Shown: in pieces, positions 7,693-16,094 of the stretch
Numbering within the stretch: the first letter of the stretch is position 1
Layout of the letters: every line of letters begins with the position of its first letter
IMG/VR virus record: IMGVR_UViG_3300031520_000047
Coordinates: 1-40,133 of that record
Length of the DNA: 40,133 nucleotides
Direction: 5' to 3' (one strand)
From: a virus
Taxonomy: Duplodnaviria; Caudoviricetes
Position numbers and translations under genes: made by a program
The notes under the pieces: generated by a model
Database searches by the model: none
What the model was told of the DNA's origin: nothing
What the model saw: the letters and a program-made list of their open reading frames with translations, nothing else

Positions 7693-8694
7693 ATGGCACT
7701 AGCGGAACGAGAAATCAACAGTAACGGCACCGCCTTAGTAGTGCGCGAGGGCGGCGACATCACGCCCATGCAGCACGAAGGCTTTCTCACAAACGACAAG
7801 ATCGACCTGCTCAAGCGCACGATCTGCGAAGGGGCCACCAATGACGAATTGGAACTCTTTGTCGCCCAGTGCCGCCGCACCGGCCTCGACCCGTTCGTGC
7901 GCCAAATCCATGCCGTGAAGCGCTGGAATGCACAAGCGAAGCGCGAGGTGATGACGATCCAGGTCGGCATCGACGGCCTGCGCCTGATCGCCGAGCGTAC
8001 CGGCAACTATGCGCCGGGCCAGGACGCAGAGTTCGCCTATGCCAAAGACAACACCCTTCACAAGGCAACAGCTTTTGTGAAAAAGTGGGTTCATGGCGAA
8101 TGGCACAGCGTTCCGGCATCCGCTCTATGGACGGAGTACTGCCAGGTGACGCGCGAAGGCAAACCGATGGCGATGTGGGGCAAAATGCCGCACGTCATGC
8201 TGGAAAAGGTAGCCGAAGCGCGCGCCCTGCGCAAAGCGTTCCCGCAGGAAACAAGCGGGCTGTATATCCACGAGGAAATGATGCAGGCTGAAAGCGAGCC
8301 ACAGGCACCCCCCCGCCCTGCCCCAACGCGCGCCCAGATAGAAGCGCCGGCCCCTGAATCATCGCAAGATGCACTAAAACGCAAGCGCGCAGAGAAAGTC
8401 GCGGCGACAGTTGATAGGCTCGCTGGACTAGACGCCGAAAAACGCACTGGATGGCTAGACCGTTTCGAGCAGAAGTACGGCATCCGCAACATCAAGATGC
8501 TGAGTTTTGAGCAGCTTGACGAATCAGGCTTTGCCGTGCTCAACAACGAGTGGCCGCACGAAGCAGAGTTCCAGGCAGCGCGGCAGGCGGCGGCAGAAGC
8601 CGCGCCGGACAAGCCCGAAGATCACGAACCCGACCCATTTGTAGAGACTTTGGTAGACGTGCCGACGGGCGCGAAAGGACATGGTGACAGCTAA
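7693..8694 (+). CDS. bet: Phage recombination protein Bet (RecT/Redbeta single-strand annealing)
   Basis: ELELFVAQCRRTGLDPFVRQIH, VGIDGLRLIA, WGKMPHVMLEKVAEARALRKAFP. Confidence 0.9.
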   Translation: MALAEREINSNGTALVVREGGDITPMQHEGFLTNDKIDLLKRTICEGATNDELELFVAQCRRTGLDPFVRQIHAVKRWNAQAKREVMTIQVGIDGLRLIAERTGNYAPGQDAEFAYAKDNTLHKATAFVKKWVHGEWHSVPASALWTEYCQVTREGKPMAMWGKMPHVMLEKVAEARALRKAFPQETSGLYIHEEMMQAESEPQAPPRPAPTRAQIEAPAPESSQDALKRKRAEKVAATVDRLAGLDAEKRTGWLDRFEQKYGIRNIKMLSFEQLDESGFAVLNNEWPHEAEFQAARQAAAEAAPDKPEDHEPDPFVETLVDVPTGAKGHGDS

Positions 8695-10385
8695 TGGCAA
8701 TTGTCGAACACGAACTCACGACCGAACATTCCGCGCGAAATACTGAGGCGCGAGATTTAGAACCCGATACATTTGAATTTCTGCCACTGAAACTCATTCA
8801 GCCCTCGCCGCTCAACCCGCGCGATCTATTTGAGGAAACGGCGCTGGGGCAGCTTGCCGCCTCTATTAAAGAGCGCGGCGTGCTGGAGCCGATCCTTGTG
8901 CGCCTGCATGTCCAAACAGAGGCGGACGGCGGCACAGGCTATGAGATTATCGCAGGCGAGCGGCGCTTTCGCGCGGCGCAGATGGCTGGGCTAAAGGACA
9001 TCCCGGCTATTGTCAAGGACGTGCCTAGCGACCGTGACGCGCTAGAGCTGACGCTCATCGAAAACTTGTACCGCGAGGACATCAATGCCCTGGAGAGGGC
9101 GCAGGGATTCCATTCACTCTCAAAGCTCGGCTGGAAACAGGAAATCATCGCTGAGAAGTTTCACACGAGCCAGGCCGCGATCAGCAACAGCCTGCGCCTC
9201 CTGAAGCTGCCCGATGACATTCAGGATATGGTGAGGGCCGGGCGTTTGTCGCAGTCTCATGCGATGCTGCTGCTGCCTGTGCTGGAGCACATGGCCCCAA
9301 ACGTCGTCATCGACATGGCCGGAGAAGCCGCCGACCTCGAATGGAGCGTTAAGCGGCTGCAAGAGTTCATCGGCGAGCGCTACCCGGCCCCGCTCAAAGC
9401 CGCCGCGCCCACGCTGATGGACGTGCCGGCTCAGGAGGCACGATTCGTGCCTCCTGAGCCTCAGCCACTATCCCCGCAGGGCGACATGACCGATGAGCAG
9501 TGGGAGACGAGTGCCAAAGTGCGCGATGCAGAAGGCGCTTTGGCGGCCCTCAACAATGGACGCGACGAAACGGTCGCAGAATGGGAGCAGACAGATGCGG
9601 ACGCCCAATCTCTACGCACGGATCAACTGGCCAAAGACGTTGCCGCTGAACCAGCGAATACGACCAGAGCTGATGACGTACCACCTGCGGCGGACGCGGG
9701 CGATTTGGAGCAAGCGGCAGAAGATGCTGCGCCCTCTACCGATGCCGTTTCCCCTGCTCACGCACCCGTCGCAGCGCAACCAATTCACGACGCCGCTGGC
9801 ACAAGTGCGAAAGATGTACCCGTGTCGCCGGCACAACGGGATAGCGTACCTGCGCCGCCTGTAGCGACTACGCCTAAGCCGGCGACCGCGCCGGCGGCAA
9901 AACCTGCCGAATCCGTTCCTAATCCGGCACCAGCCGCCCCGCCCTCACTTCCTGCCGGGCTGATGCGCGCGGTCGTCAACAAAGAAGCCTATGAGCAGCT
10001 TGATGCGCAGGGGCTGTGGCCACTGGAATATGCGGTTGAGGAAATCGCCATCCTGCGCGCAAAAGCGTCCATGCCGATGCACCCGGAGTCCATCAAGGCC
10101 GGAGAACTGCTGGAGCAGGACGCGGCAAGCGGCGGGGTGCTGACGCCTCCCGAGACGGAGATTTTGCATCAGCTCTACCCCGACCGCAACATCGTGACAT
10201 GGGTCATGCTCGCCGGCGCCTTGCTTGTTCGCCGCGCCCAGTCGCTCAACCTGATGCCAGCAGCCGATCTCCTGCCGGTTGCCAGCACTACAGAACACGC
10301 CGCCGATCCGCTCGATGCCGCCGTCAACGTCACACCTGGCGGCCCTCAAGCGCTCCCAGAAGAAACTCCAGAGGAAACCGAATAA
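8694..10385 (+). CDS. parB: ParB/Spo0J-family CTPase with long low-complexity C-terminus
   Basis: NPR..F...L..LA.SIKERGVLEPILVR, YEIIAGERRFRA, ENLYREDINALE, HTH SQAAISNSLRLLKLP. Confidence 0.9.
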   Translation: MAIVEHELTTEHSARNTEARDLEPDTFEFLPLKLIQPSPLNPRDLFEETALGQLAASIKERGVLEPILVRLHVQTEADGGTGYEIIAGERRFRAAQMAGLKDIPAIVKDVPSDRDALELTLIENLYREDINALERAQGFHSLSKLGWKQEIIAEKFHTSQAAISNSLRLLKLPDDIQDMVRAGRLSQSHAMLLLPVLEHMAPNVVIDMAGEAADLEWSVKRLQEFIGERYPAPLKAAAPTLMDVPAQEARFVPPEPQPLSPQGDMTDEQWETSAKVRDAEGALAALNNGRDETVAEWEQTDADAQSLRTDQLAKDVAAEPANTTRADDVPPAADAGDLEQAAEDAAPSTDAVSPAHAPVAAQPIHDAAGTSAKDVPVSPAQRDSVPAPPVATTPKPATAPAAKPAESVPNPAPAAPPSLPAGLMRAVVNKEAYEQLDAQGLWPLEYAVEEIAILRAKASMPMHPESIKAGELLEQDAASGGVLTPPETEILHQLYPDRNIVTWVMLAGALLVRRAQSLNLMPAADLLPVASTTEHAADPLDAAVNVTPGGPQALPEETPEETE

Positions 10386-10576
10386 TGGCACTTCGCCGCA
10401 AGTTTATCGCCCATCTCAGCTCTGGCCCGGTCACCATCCCGGACCCCGGCCAGGCTTATTCCCCCGACGAAGTCCGCCAGATGGCTGCGGCAGACTATCC
10501 CGAACTGACGAGCGCGGCGAGTCGCTTCTATGCCGGGTGCAGAGCGTGGGCAATATCCCGCCCTGCCAGCGCGTGA
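10385..10576 (+). pseudogene. PRTRC system protein C (ubiquitin-like), probably C-terminally truncated
   Basis: RKF...IPDPGQAYSPDEVRQMAAADYPELTSA fits PRTRC-C; lacks the usual terminal G-x-K-G; follows ParB. Confidence 0.6.
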
Positions 10577-10627
10577 CGTGCAGCCCTACGGAGGCGAGTT
10601 TGTATGTGTGACAGAAAGGTTTAATCA

Positions 10628-10933
10628 ATGTTTGCTATCTCTAACATCAACATCCGTAGACCGGGACTTCGCATATGGAGCATGCTGTTTTGCCCTGATA
10701 AGTCTGTGATGTGCTCGCGCCGGGTGTATTGGTTCAGACTGAAAAAAATGGTGCGAGCGCAGTACCTCTTTTCCATGTCCGCCTGCACTCTTTGGGAGCC
10801 GCGTGATTTGTGGGTCGGTGCTTATTGGGACACGAGTGAATACAAGTCGCTCATCCTGTTCATTTGCCTTATCCCATGCCTGCCACTGCGATTGCATTTC
10901 AAGAAGTCGTACGGCACGGGAGGGGTTTCTTGA
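10628..10933 (+). CDS. Hypothetical protein
   Basis: AAAGGT RBS; WEPRDLWVGAYWD...LFICLIPCLPL. Confidence 0.55.
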   Translation: MFAISNINIRRPGLRIWSMLFCPDKSVMCSRRVYWFRLKKMVRAQYLFSMSACTLWEPRDLWVGAYWDTSEYKSLILFICLIPCLPLRLHFKKSYGTGGVS

Positions 10934-11448
10934 CAGACACCCATGCCTACGGCGCGCAGAACGCCGCCAAGCTCGCCGCCGCCATGCAGCAGGACGTGGA
11001 TGATGTCCCCGCCTGCGTGCCCGAATTAGTGCTGCAAGCTCCGCCTGATACCAAAGCCGCGAAGCAGCATGTGCGTCGCGAACATGCCGAGCAGGTGACG
11101 CTGTTTGACCAAATCCGGGCGGCGGAGCGGCTGGGCAAGCCAGGCGCGGACATGATTTTTGCCGTGCCGAACGGCACGGCGGCAGGGACTAAAGTGGGCG
11201 CGCAGATGGTGCGCGAAGGCGTGCGACGCGGCGTGCCCGACATTGTGGTGGCCGTGCCAAGCTCTGGGAAGTGCGGGCTGTTTGTGGAAATGAAACTGCC
11301 TGGCGGTGTGCCGAGCGACGTGTCACCGGAACAGCAGGGATGGCTTGCGCGGCTGTCTGCGGCAGGCTACGATACGGAAGTCGCATATGGGTGGCGGCAC
11401 GCCTGGCGCGTGATTTGTGACTACCTTGGGTGGGGGGATATGTTTTGA
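10930..11448 (+). CDS. VRR-NUC domain endonuclease
   Basis: EHAEQ...FAVPNG...EGVRRGVPDI...LFVEMK...SPEQQGWL..L...GY (PD-(D/E)xK). Confidence 0.9.
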   Translation: MTDTHAYGAQNAAKLAAAMQQDVDDVPACVPELVLQAPPDTKAAKQHVRREHAEQVTLFDQIRAAERLGKPGADMIFAVPNGTAAGTKVGAQMVREGVRRGVPDIVVAVPSSGKCGLFVEMKLPGGVPSDVSPEQQGWLARLSAAGYDTEVAYGWRHAWRVICDYLGWGDMF

Positions 11449-12092
11449 CAATTCAGTTTCGCAGCCTTGCCGAATGGCCTGCACATCAGCCATCCACACC
11501 GTACTACCGGCGCGAGAACGCACGCTTTACGGCCTCTTATCCCGACCGCATTACTCTCTTGGAGCGCGAGCTTGAGCAGATCAGCGCCAAAGACGTGGTG
11601 CTGGAAAGCGTGCTGCCCAAATCCAAAGCGAGGCGCGACGGATGGCCCATGTCGGATGCGAAGGGCGGGCCGGGCATCATCGTGTCGTTTGTGCAGGCGG
11701 GCGAGCCGCGCGAGATGCTCGCCGACCGCTACCACGACTGGCGGGACAACCTGCACGCGATCGGCAAAGCGCTTGATGCTTTGCGTGCTGTGGACAGGTG
11801 GGGCCTGACGAAGAAGGCGGCACAGTATGAAGGCTTCCGCCCTGCCCTGCCGCCGCCCGCCAAAGTTGTTGCTATTACCACGACAAGTCAGGCAGCGGAG
11901 TTTGTTGCCAAACAAGCCGGAGTAGGCCGCACCATCGCACCGGAAATCCTCAATGACCCGGAAACGCTGGCTTATTACTATCGCCTGGCCGCAAAGCAGC
12001 TCCACCCCGACCAGGGCGGCTCGCACGAGCTATTCGTGCAGCTTCAGACGGCCAAAGAATTGCTTGATAAACACCACAAAGAAAGGGGGTGA
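11445..12092 (+). CDS. J-domain (DnaJ-like) protein
   Basis: C-terminal YYRLAAKQLHPDQGGSHELFVQLQTAKE with HPD motif. Confidence 0.85.
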   Translation: MTIQFRSLAEWPAHQPSTPYYRRENARFTASYPDRITLLERELEQISAKDVVLESVLPKSKARRDGWPMSDAKGGPGIIVSFVQAGEPREMLADRYHDWRDNLHAIGKALDALRAVDRWGLTKKAAQYEGFRPALPPPAKVVAITTTSQAAEFVAKQAGVGRTIAPEILNDPETLAYYYRLAAKQLHPDQGGSHELFVQLQTAKELLDKHHKERG

Positions 12093-12250
12093 GCGAGATA
12101 CAAAACACTGTTGACGAACTGCGCGCATTGCTCAAGCGATTACAAGATGAGCAGGTAGAGCAGGTGATGGGGCGCGAGAAAGGCCGCGCGCGTTCTTTAG
12201 CAATCACAAAGCTGGAAGAAAGCATCATGTGGCTGGAGAAAGCCGGCTAA
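12089..12250 (+). CDS. Acb2/Tad1-like small anti-defence sponge protein (53 aa)
   Basis: Manual translation MSEIQNTVDELRALLKRLQDEQVEQVMGREKGRARSLAITKLEESIMWLEKAG; GTGA coupling to the upstream stop. Confidence 0.65.
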   Translation: MSEIQNTVDELRALLKRLQDEQVEQVMGREKGRARSLAITKLEESIMWLEKAG

Positions 12251-12254
12251 CGTC

Positions 12255-12608
12255 ATGACCAACCCGCTCAAAGACATACTTGACGGCATTGAGGCTCTGC
12301 GCCACACGCAGGACGCCATTTTGCGCAACCAGATTGCGCTACATAGAATACAGGAGAAGATATTGGCAACATTACAGGACGGCATCAATGCCGATGCTCG
12401 CTATAAAGCAGCGGTAGACGCACGTGACCAGCGCCAAAAGGCGGAGATCGCCACCGACGAAAGTAAGTTGACCGCGCAGGCACAGGCGCTCACTGACTTG
12501 CAAAACCATGTTATCCCCGATGACACGGTGGCCGCCGTCAACGCTGAAGCCGCTGCGATTGAAGCGGAGAACGCAGCCGCCTCTGCCAGCGCACAGCAGG
12601 CCGGCTAA
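12255..12608 (+). CDS. Coiled-coil hypothetical protein
   Basis: Ala/Gln-rich heptads; fills the operon gap. Confidence 0.6.
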   Translation: MTNPLKDILDGIEALRHTQDAILRNQIALHRIQEKILATLQDGINADARYKAAVDARDQRQKAEIATDESKLTAQAQALTDLQNHVIPDDTVAAVNAEAAAIEAENAAASASAQQAG

Positions 12609-12672
12609 CCACGCATCCAGGGGGCGGCACAATGCAGCATTGTGCCGCCCCCAACTTGTTGAAAGTACAACT

Positions 12673-13776
12673 ATGTCTTGGGCGCGCTTTGACGACCATT
12701 TTGACGATGACCCTGACTGCGATGTCGTGGGGGACGGCGGGATCGCCCTGTTTCTCTGCTCGATCACCTGGGCTGCCCGCAACAACACCGACGGGCATAT
12801 CCCGGCGGCGCGCGCCCGTAAACTGCCGGGCTACTCGCCAGAAACCGTGCGCCTGCTGATCTCGGTCAACTGGTGGGTAGAGGTGACGGACGGCTACCAA
12901 ATCCGAAGCTACCTTAAATACAATAAAAGCCGCGCCCAAATTGAAGCCGAACACGAGGCAAAGGTCAATGCTGGGCGAAATGGCGGGCAGCGATCCGGCG
13001 AAGCGCGGCGCGGCGAACGACCTGTCTTAACCCCGGCAGAAGCAGGTGCTTTACCTTTTGATAAAGGCGCAACTCAACCAACAGATGAAGTAGATAACGA
13101 AGCATCTGCCTTAGCAAATGATGAAGCATCTGCTTTAGCACGACCTCAAGCAAAAACGAAGCCCGTATCCCGAGTCCCGAGTCCGGAATCCTATAGCCCG
13201 AAACCAACACCCAACCCCCCTCTTACTCCCCCACCAAATGAACCACCACCAGGGGAGGATGTGTGTGTGCTTTTGGAACGCTTCGCTTTTTTGGAGGACG
13301 GGCAGCGTGTGGCACGCATGGCGCACATTCACGGGGTGAGCACTGTGTTTTGGCAGGCTAGAGTCGTCGAGCTGCGCATGGCAAGCGTTGACGATCCGCG
13401 TGTTCGCTCGCCCATTGACCTTCTCGCAGACCGATTGGAGAAACATCTACCACTCCCCCACCAAGTCAAAGCAGAGCGGGACGCAGAGGCCGAAGCCGAA
13501 AAAGCGGCGCAACAAGAACGCGACCAGGCCGAGCATGCTCTTTTGGAGACAATGCGCCGGGAGCGCGCGGCGGCTGTTTCTGCTGCCTGGGGGAGGCTGT
13601 CTGACGAAGAAAAGCAGGACGTGCTGCTGGCAGCGACAGAGCGATATGCCCAGCAAAGCCAGTTCAATCGCGACCGGCTGAAGAAAAACCACGGAAACCT
13701 CCCTGAGAAAGACTTTGCCGCTATGCGTGGCCCGCTGCTGATCGAGCATGGGCACTTGCAAGAGGCCTCGCCTTGA
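12673..13776 (+). CDS. Putative replication initiator (replisome organizer)
   Basis: MSWARFDDHF...TDGHIP...WVEVTDGYQIRSYLKYNKSR N-domain, Pro-rich linker, internal iteron-like repeats. Confidence 0.7.
   Translation: MSWARFDDHFDDDPDCDVVGDGGIALFLCSITWAARNNTDGHIPAARARKLPGYSPETVRLLISVNWWVEVTDGYQIRSYLKYNKSRAQIEAEHEAKVNAGRNGGQRSGEARRGERPVLTPAEAGALPFDKGATQPTDEVDNEASALANDEASALARPQAKTKPVSRVPSPESYSPKPTPNPPLTPPPNEPPPGEDVCVLLERFAFLEDGQRVARMAHIHGVSTVFWQARVVELRMASVDDPRVRSPIDLLADRLEKHLPLPHQVKAERDAEAEAEKAAQQERDQAEHALLETMRRERAAAVSAAWGRLSDEEKQDVLLAATERYAQQSQFNRDRLKKNHGNLPEKDFAAMRGPLLIEHGHLQEASP
13039..13140. repeat. Iteron-like repeats (putative origin)
   Basis: GAAGCAGGTGCTTTA (13039), GAAGCATCTGCCTTAGCA (13099), GAAGCATCTGCTTTAGCA (13123). 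Confidence 0.6.
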
Positions 13777-13778
13777 CT

Positions 13779-13792
13779 ATTTCGCGCGAAAC
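13779..13792. promoter_or_regulatory. parS/NBS-like palindrome, copy 2
   Basis: ATTTCGCGCGAAAC between TTGACT and TTGACA hexamers, upstream of the late region. Confidence 0.65.
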
Positions 13793-13851
13793 GTTGACAG
13801 GTAAAGCGATGGGCTGAAAACGCCATAATTAAGAAGAACCTATTCTTGTTT

Positions 13852-13896
13852 CGGCTATTCAGCCGTCGCTTGTGCCCTCGCCTCGCGACGGCTTTT
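13852..13896 (+). terminator. Attenuator 1: CGGCT-ATTC-AGCCG overlapping a terminator
   Basis: Stem AGCCGTCGC/GCGACGGCT plus T tract. Confidence 0.75.
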
Positions 13897-13920
13897 CTGC
13901 GTTTAACTACCCAAACACCC

Positions 13921-14148
13921 ATGAACCTGTACTGCGAGCGATGCGGCAATAAAATCGGTGAACGAAACTCAGGCAAAGACGGTCTGAGCGTGGACACGAT
14001 CAGCATCAAAATCCGTGGAGCGCGCCGGCGCGTTTATGTTGTCCAGGTTATGCAGAGCATTGACTGTGACTACTGTTGCCACGTCGGCCCACCGTTCCCC
14101 TCCGTTCTGTCTGTGGCTGAGATGCGCGCTTTGCGGGGGTACGTCTGA
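13921..14148 (+). CDS. Zinc-ribbon protein, Mu Com-like (candidate late regulator)
   Basis: MNLYCERCGNKIG...ISIK...IDCDYC; immediately before terS. Confidence 0.6.
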   Translation: MNLYCERCGNKIGERNSGKDGLSVDTISIKIRGARRRVYVVQVMQSIDCDYCCHVGPPFPSVLSVAEMRALRGYV

Positions 14149-14783
14149 TGCCTAGTGCAGAAAAGATAGAACTTCCTGTCCTGACTGGCAAGCAGCGCGC
14201 CTTTGTGGACGCTTACTTTGTCTGCAACTTCAACGCGACCAAAGCCGCCATTCGTGCAGGCTACAGCGAAAAGACCGCTTATTCTATTGGCAGCGAGAAC
14301 CTGAAGAAACCTGAGATCACCCAGCACGTCTCCGCGCGCATGGCGGAAGCGGGCATGGCGGCTAACGAAGTCATCGCCCGTCTGACGCTGATTGGCGGCG
14401 TGGACATTGAAGACTTCATCGACATTGACGATGAAGTGGACTATGCCAATGAAAGCGTGATTGACAAAACCCTGCGCGAAGCCAATGAGCGGCTGGCACA
14501 GGCTTATCCCAAGCAAATGGGAGAGAAGCCCGGCTGGAAGCTAAATCTCGGCAAGGCGAAGAAGCACGGCAAGACGCACCTGATCAAGTCCATCAAGCAG
14601 GGGGAGTTCGGGCCGGAGCTGCTGCTGCATGACAGCCAGACTGCACTGAACACATTGGCCCGGCATCACGGCCTGCTGACCGACCGCGTGGAGCAAACCG
14701 GAGCCGCCCTGGACATCCTGCGCGATCTGCTGAGCGCACCACTGACCGAAGAAGAGGCGGAAGAGACTAAGCATGGCGAGTGA
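14148..14783 (+). CDS. terS: Terminase small subunit
   Basis: LTGKQRAFVDAY...NATKAAIRAGYSEKTAYSIGSENLKKPEI. Confidence 0.93.
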   Translation: MPSAEKIELPVLTGKQRAFVDAYFVCNFNATKAAIRAGYSEKTAYSIGSENLKKPEITQHVSARMAEAGMAANEVIARLTLIGGVDIEDFIDIDDEVDYANESVIDKTLREANERLAQAYPKQMGEKPGWKLNLGKAKKHGKTHLIKSIKQGEFGPELLLHDSQTALNTLARHHGLLTDRVEQTGAALDILRDLLSAPLTEEEAEETKHGE

Positions 14784-16089
14784 GCGCGGGCTTTTGCTAG
14801 CAAGGCGGTTGTGGGGCTGGAAGCCGCATTCGGCAGGGCAGCGCGACTTCATGCTGTCTCAAGCACGGGTGAAGGTGGCAGCGTGCGGGCGGCGCTGGGG
14901 CAAGAGCGAAAGCACAGCCATTGAGATTGTCGTGGATGCCATTGAAAACCCTGGCCTCATTCAGTGGGTGCTTGCCCCGACTGCCGACCAGACGCAGATC
15001 ATCATGGATGAGGTTGCCCGGCGCCTCTATGCCATTCCGGGTATGTCGGACAGCTATGCGGAGCGCAAATCCCCTTACCGCGAGTTCGTGTTCTGCGACG
15101 GCAAGGGCCTGCGTGAACCCGCCTCTATTCGCTCCCGCACAGTGGGCACCAAGGGCAAGGGGCTGCGCGGACGCAAGGGGCACAAGGTCATCATTGATGA
15201 GGCGGCGTTCGTGCCCGATGCCATTCTGGACAACGTCATCACGCCGATCCTCGCTGACTACGACGGGCAGCTTGTGCAGGTCAGCTCGCCCGATGGCGTC
15301 GGCACGGGCTTCCACAAGAACTTTGTCTATGGCGACAAGAGCAGCAGCAGCTACAACGCGCGCTATGAAAGCTTCCAGTTCCCGACAGAGAGCAACCCGT
15401 ACATCCCGCGCGCTTATCTAGACAACGAAGAAGCGACCAAGTCCGAGCAGGTCTTTGCACAGGAGTATCGGGCGCAGTTTCTGGACCGCGAAGGCAGTGT
15501 ATTCCGCAAGGTTATGGCGTGTGCAAACCTGGTGCCGATCTACCATGACGAAGGGCTGACGCTGTACCAGGAATGCGCATTGGCGCAGCATCAGTACGTC
15601 ATGGGGCTGGACTGGGCGCGCTCGCGCGACTTCACTGTGGCAAGCGTCTTTGACATCACCAGCCGCCAGATGGTGGCGCAGGACAGGTTCAACAAGATCA
15701 AGTTCGAGACGCAGCGCGACCGCATCAAAGTGCTACACAAACTCTTCCCCTGCGATGCCATCATTGCTGAAGAAAACAGCATTGGTCTGCCAAACATTGA
15801 AGCGCTGCAGGCAGAGGACTTGCCTGTGCAGCCATTCCTCACCACCAATGCCACCAAAAAGGCGTTGGTGGACACACTCGCCCTGGCCCTGGAGCTGCAA
15901 AACCTGTCCCTGCTCAACGAGGGCATATCCACTGGTGAGATGATGGCCTATCAGGGCGTCAAGCTGCCTTCGGGCCTCATGCAATACGGCGCGCCTGTTG
16001 GTCAGCACGACGACTGCGTAATGAGCATCATGCTGGCCGTGTGGGGCGCGGACAACGCCGGCGTGGACACTGCGCCTTCGATCTGGTAA
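14773..16089 (+). CDS. terL: Terminase large subunit
   Basis: Walker A GRRWGKS, Walker B VIIDEAA, nuclease GLDWARSRDFT and HDDCVMS. Confidence 0.95.
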   Translation: MASERGLLLARRLWGWKPHSAGQRDFMLSQARVKVAACGRRWGKSESTAIEIVVDAIENPGLIQWVLAPTADQTQIIMDEVARRLYAIPGMSDSYAERKSPYREFVFCDGKGLREPASIRSRTVGTKGKGLRGRKGHKVIIDEAAFVPDAILDNVITPILADYDGQLVQVSSPDGVGTGFHKNFVYGDKSSSSYNARYESFQFPTESNPYIPRAYLDNEEATKSEQVFAQEYRAQFLDREGSVFRKVMACANLVPIYHDEGLTLYQECALAQHQYVMGLDWARSRDFTVASVFDITSRQMVAQDRFNKIKFETQRDRIKVLHKLFPCDAIIAEENSIGLPNIEALQAEDLPVQPFLTTNATKKALVDTLALALELQNLSLLNEGISTGEMMAYQGVKLPSGLMQYGAPVGQHDDCVMSIMLAVWGADNAGVDTAPSIW

Positions 16090-16094
16090 CCACT

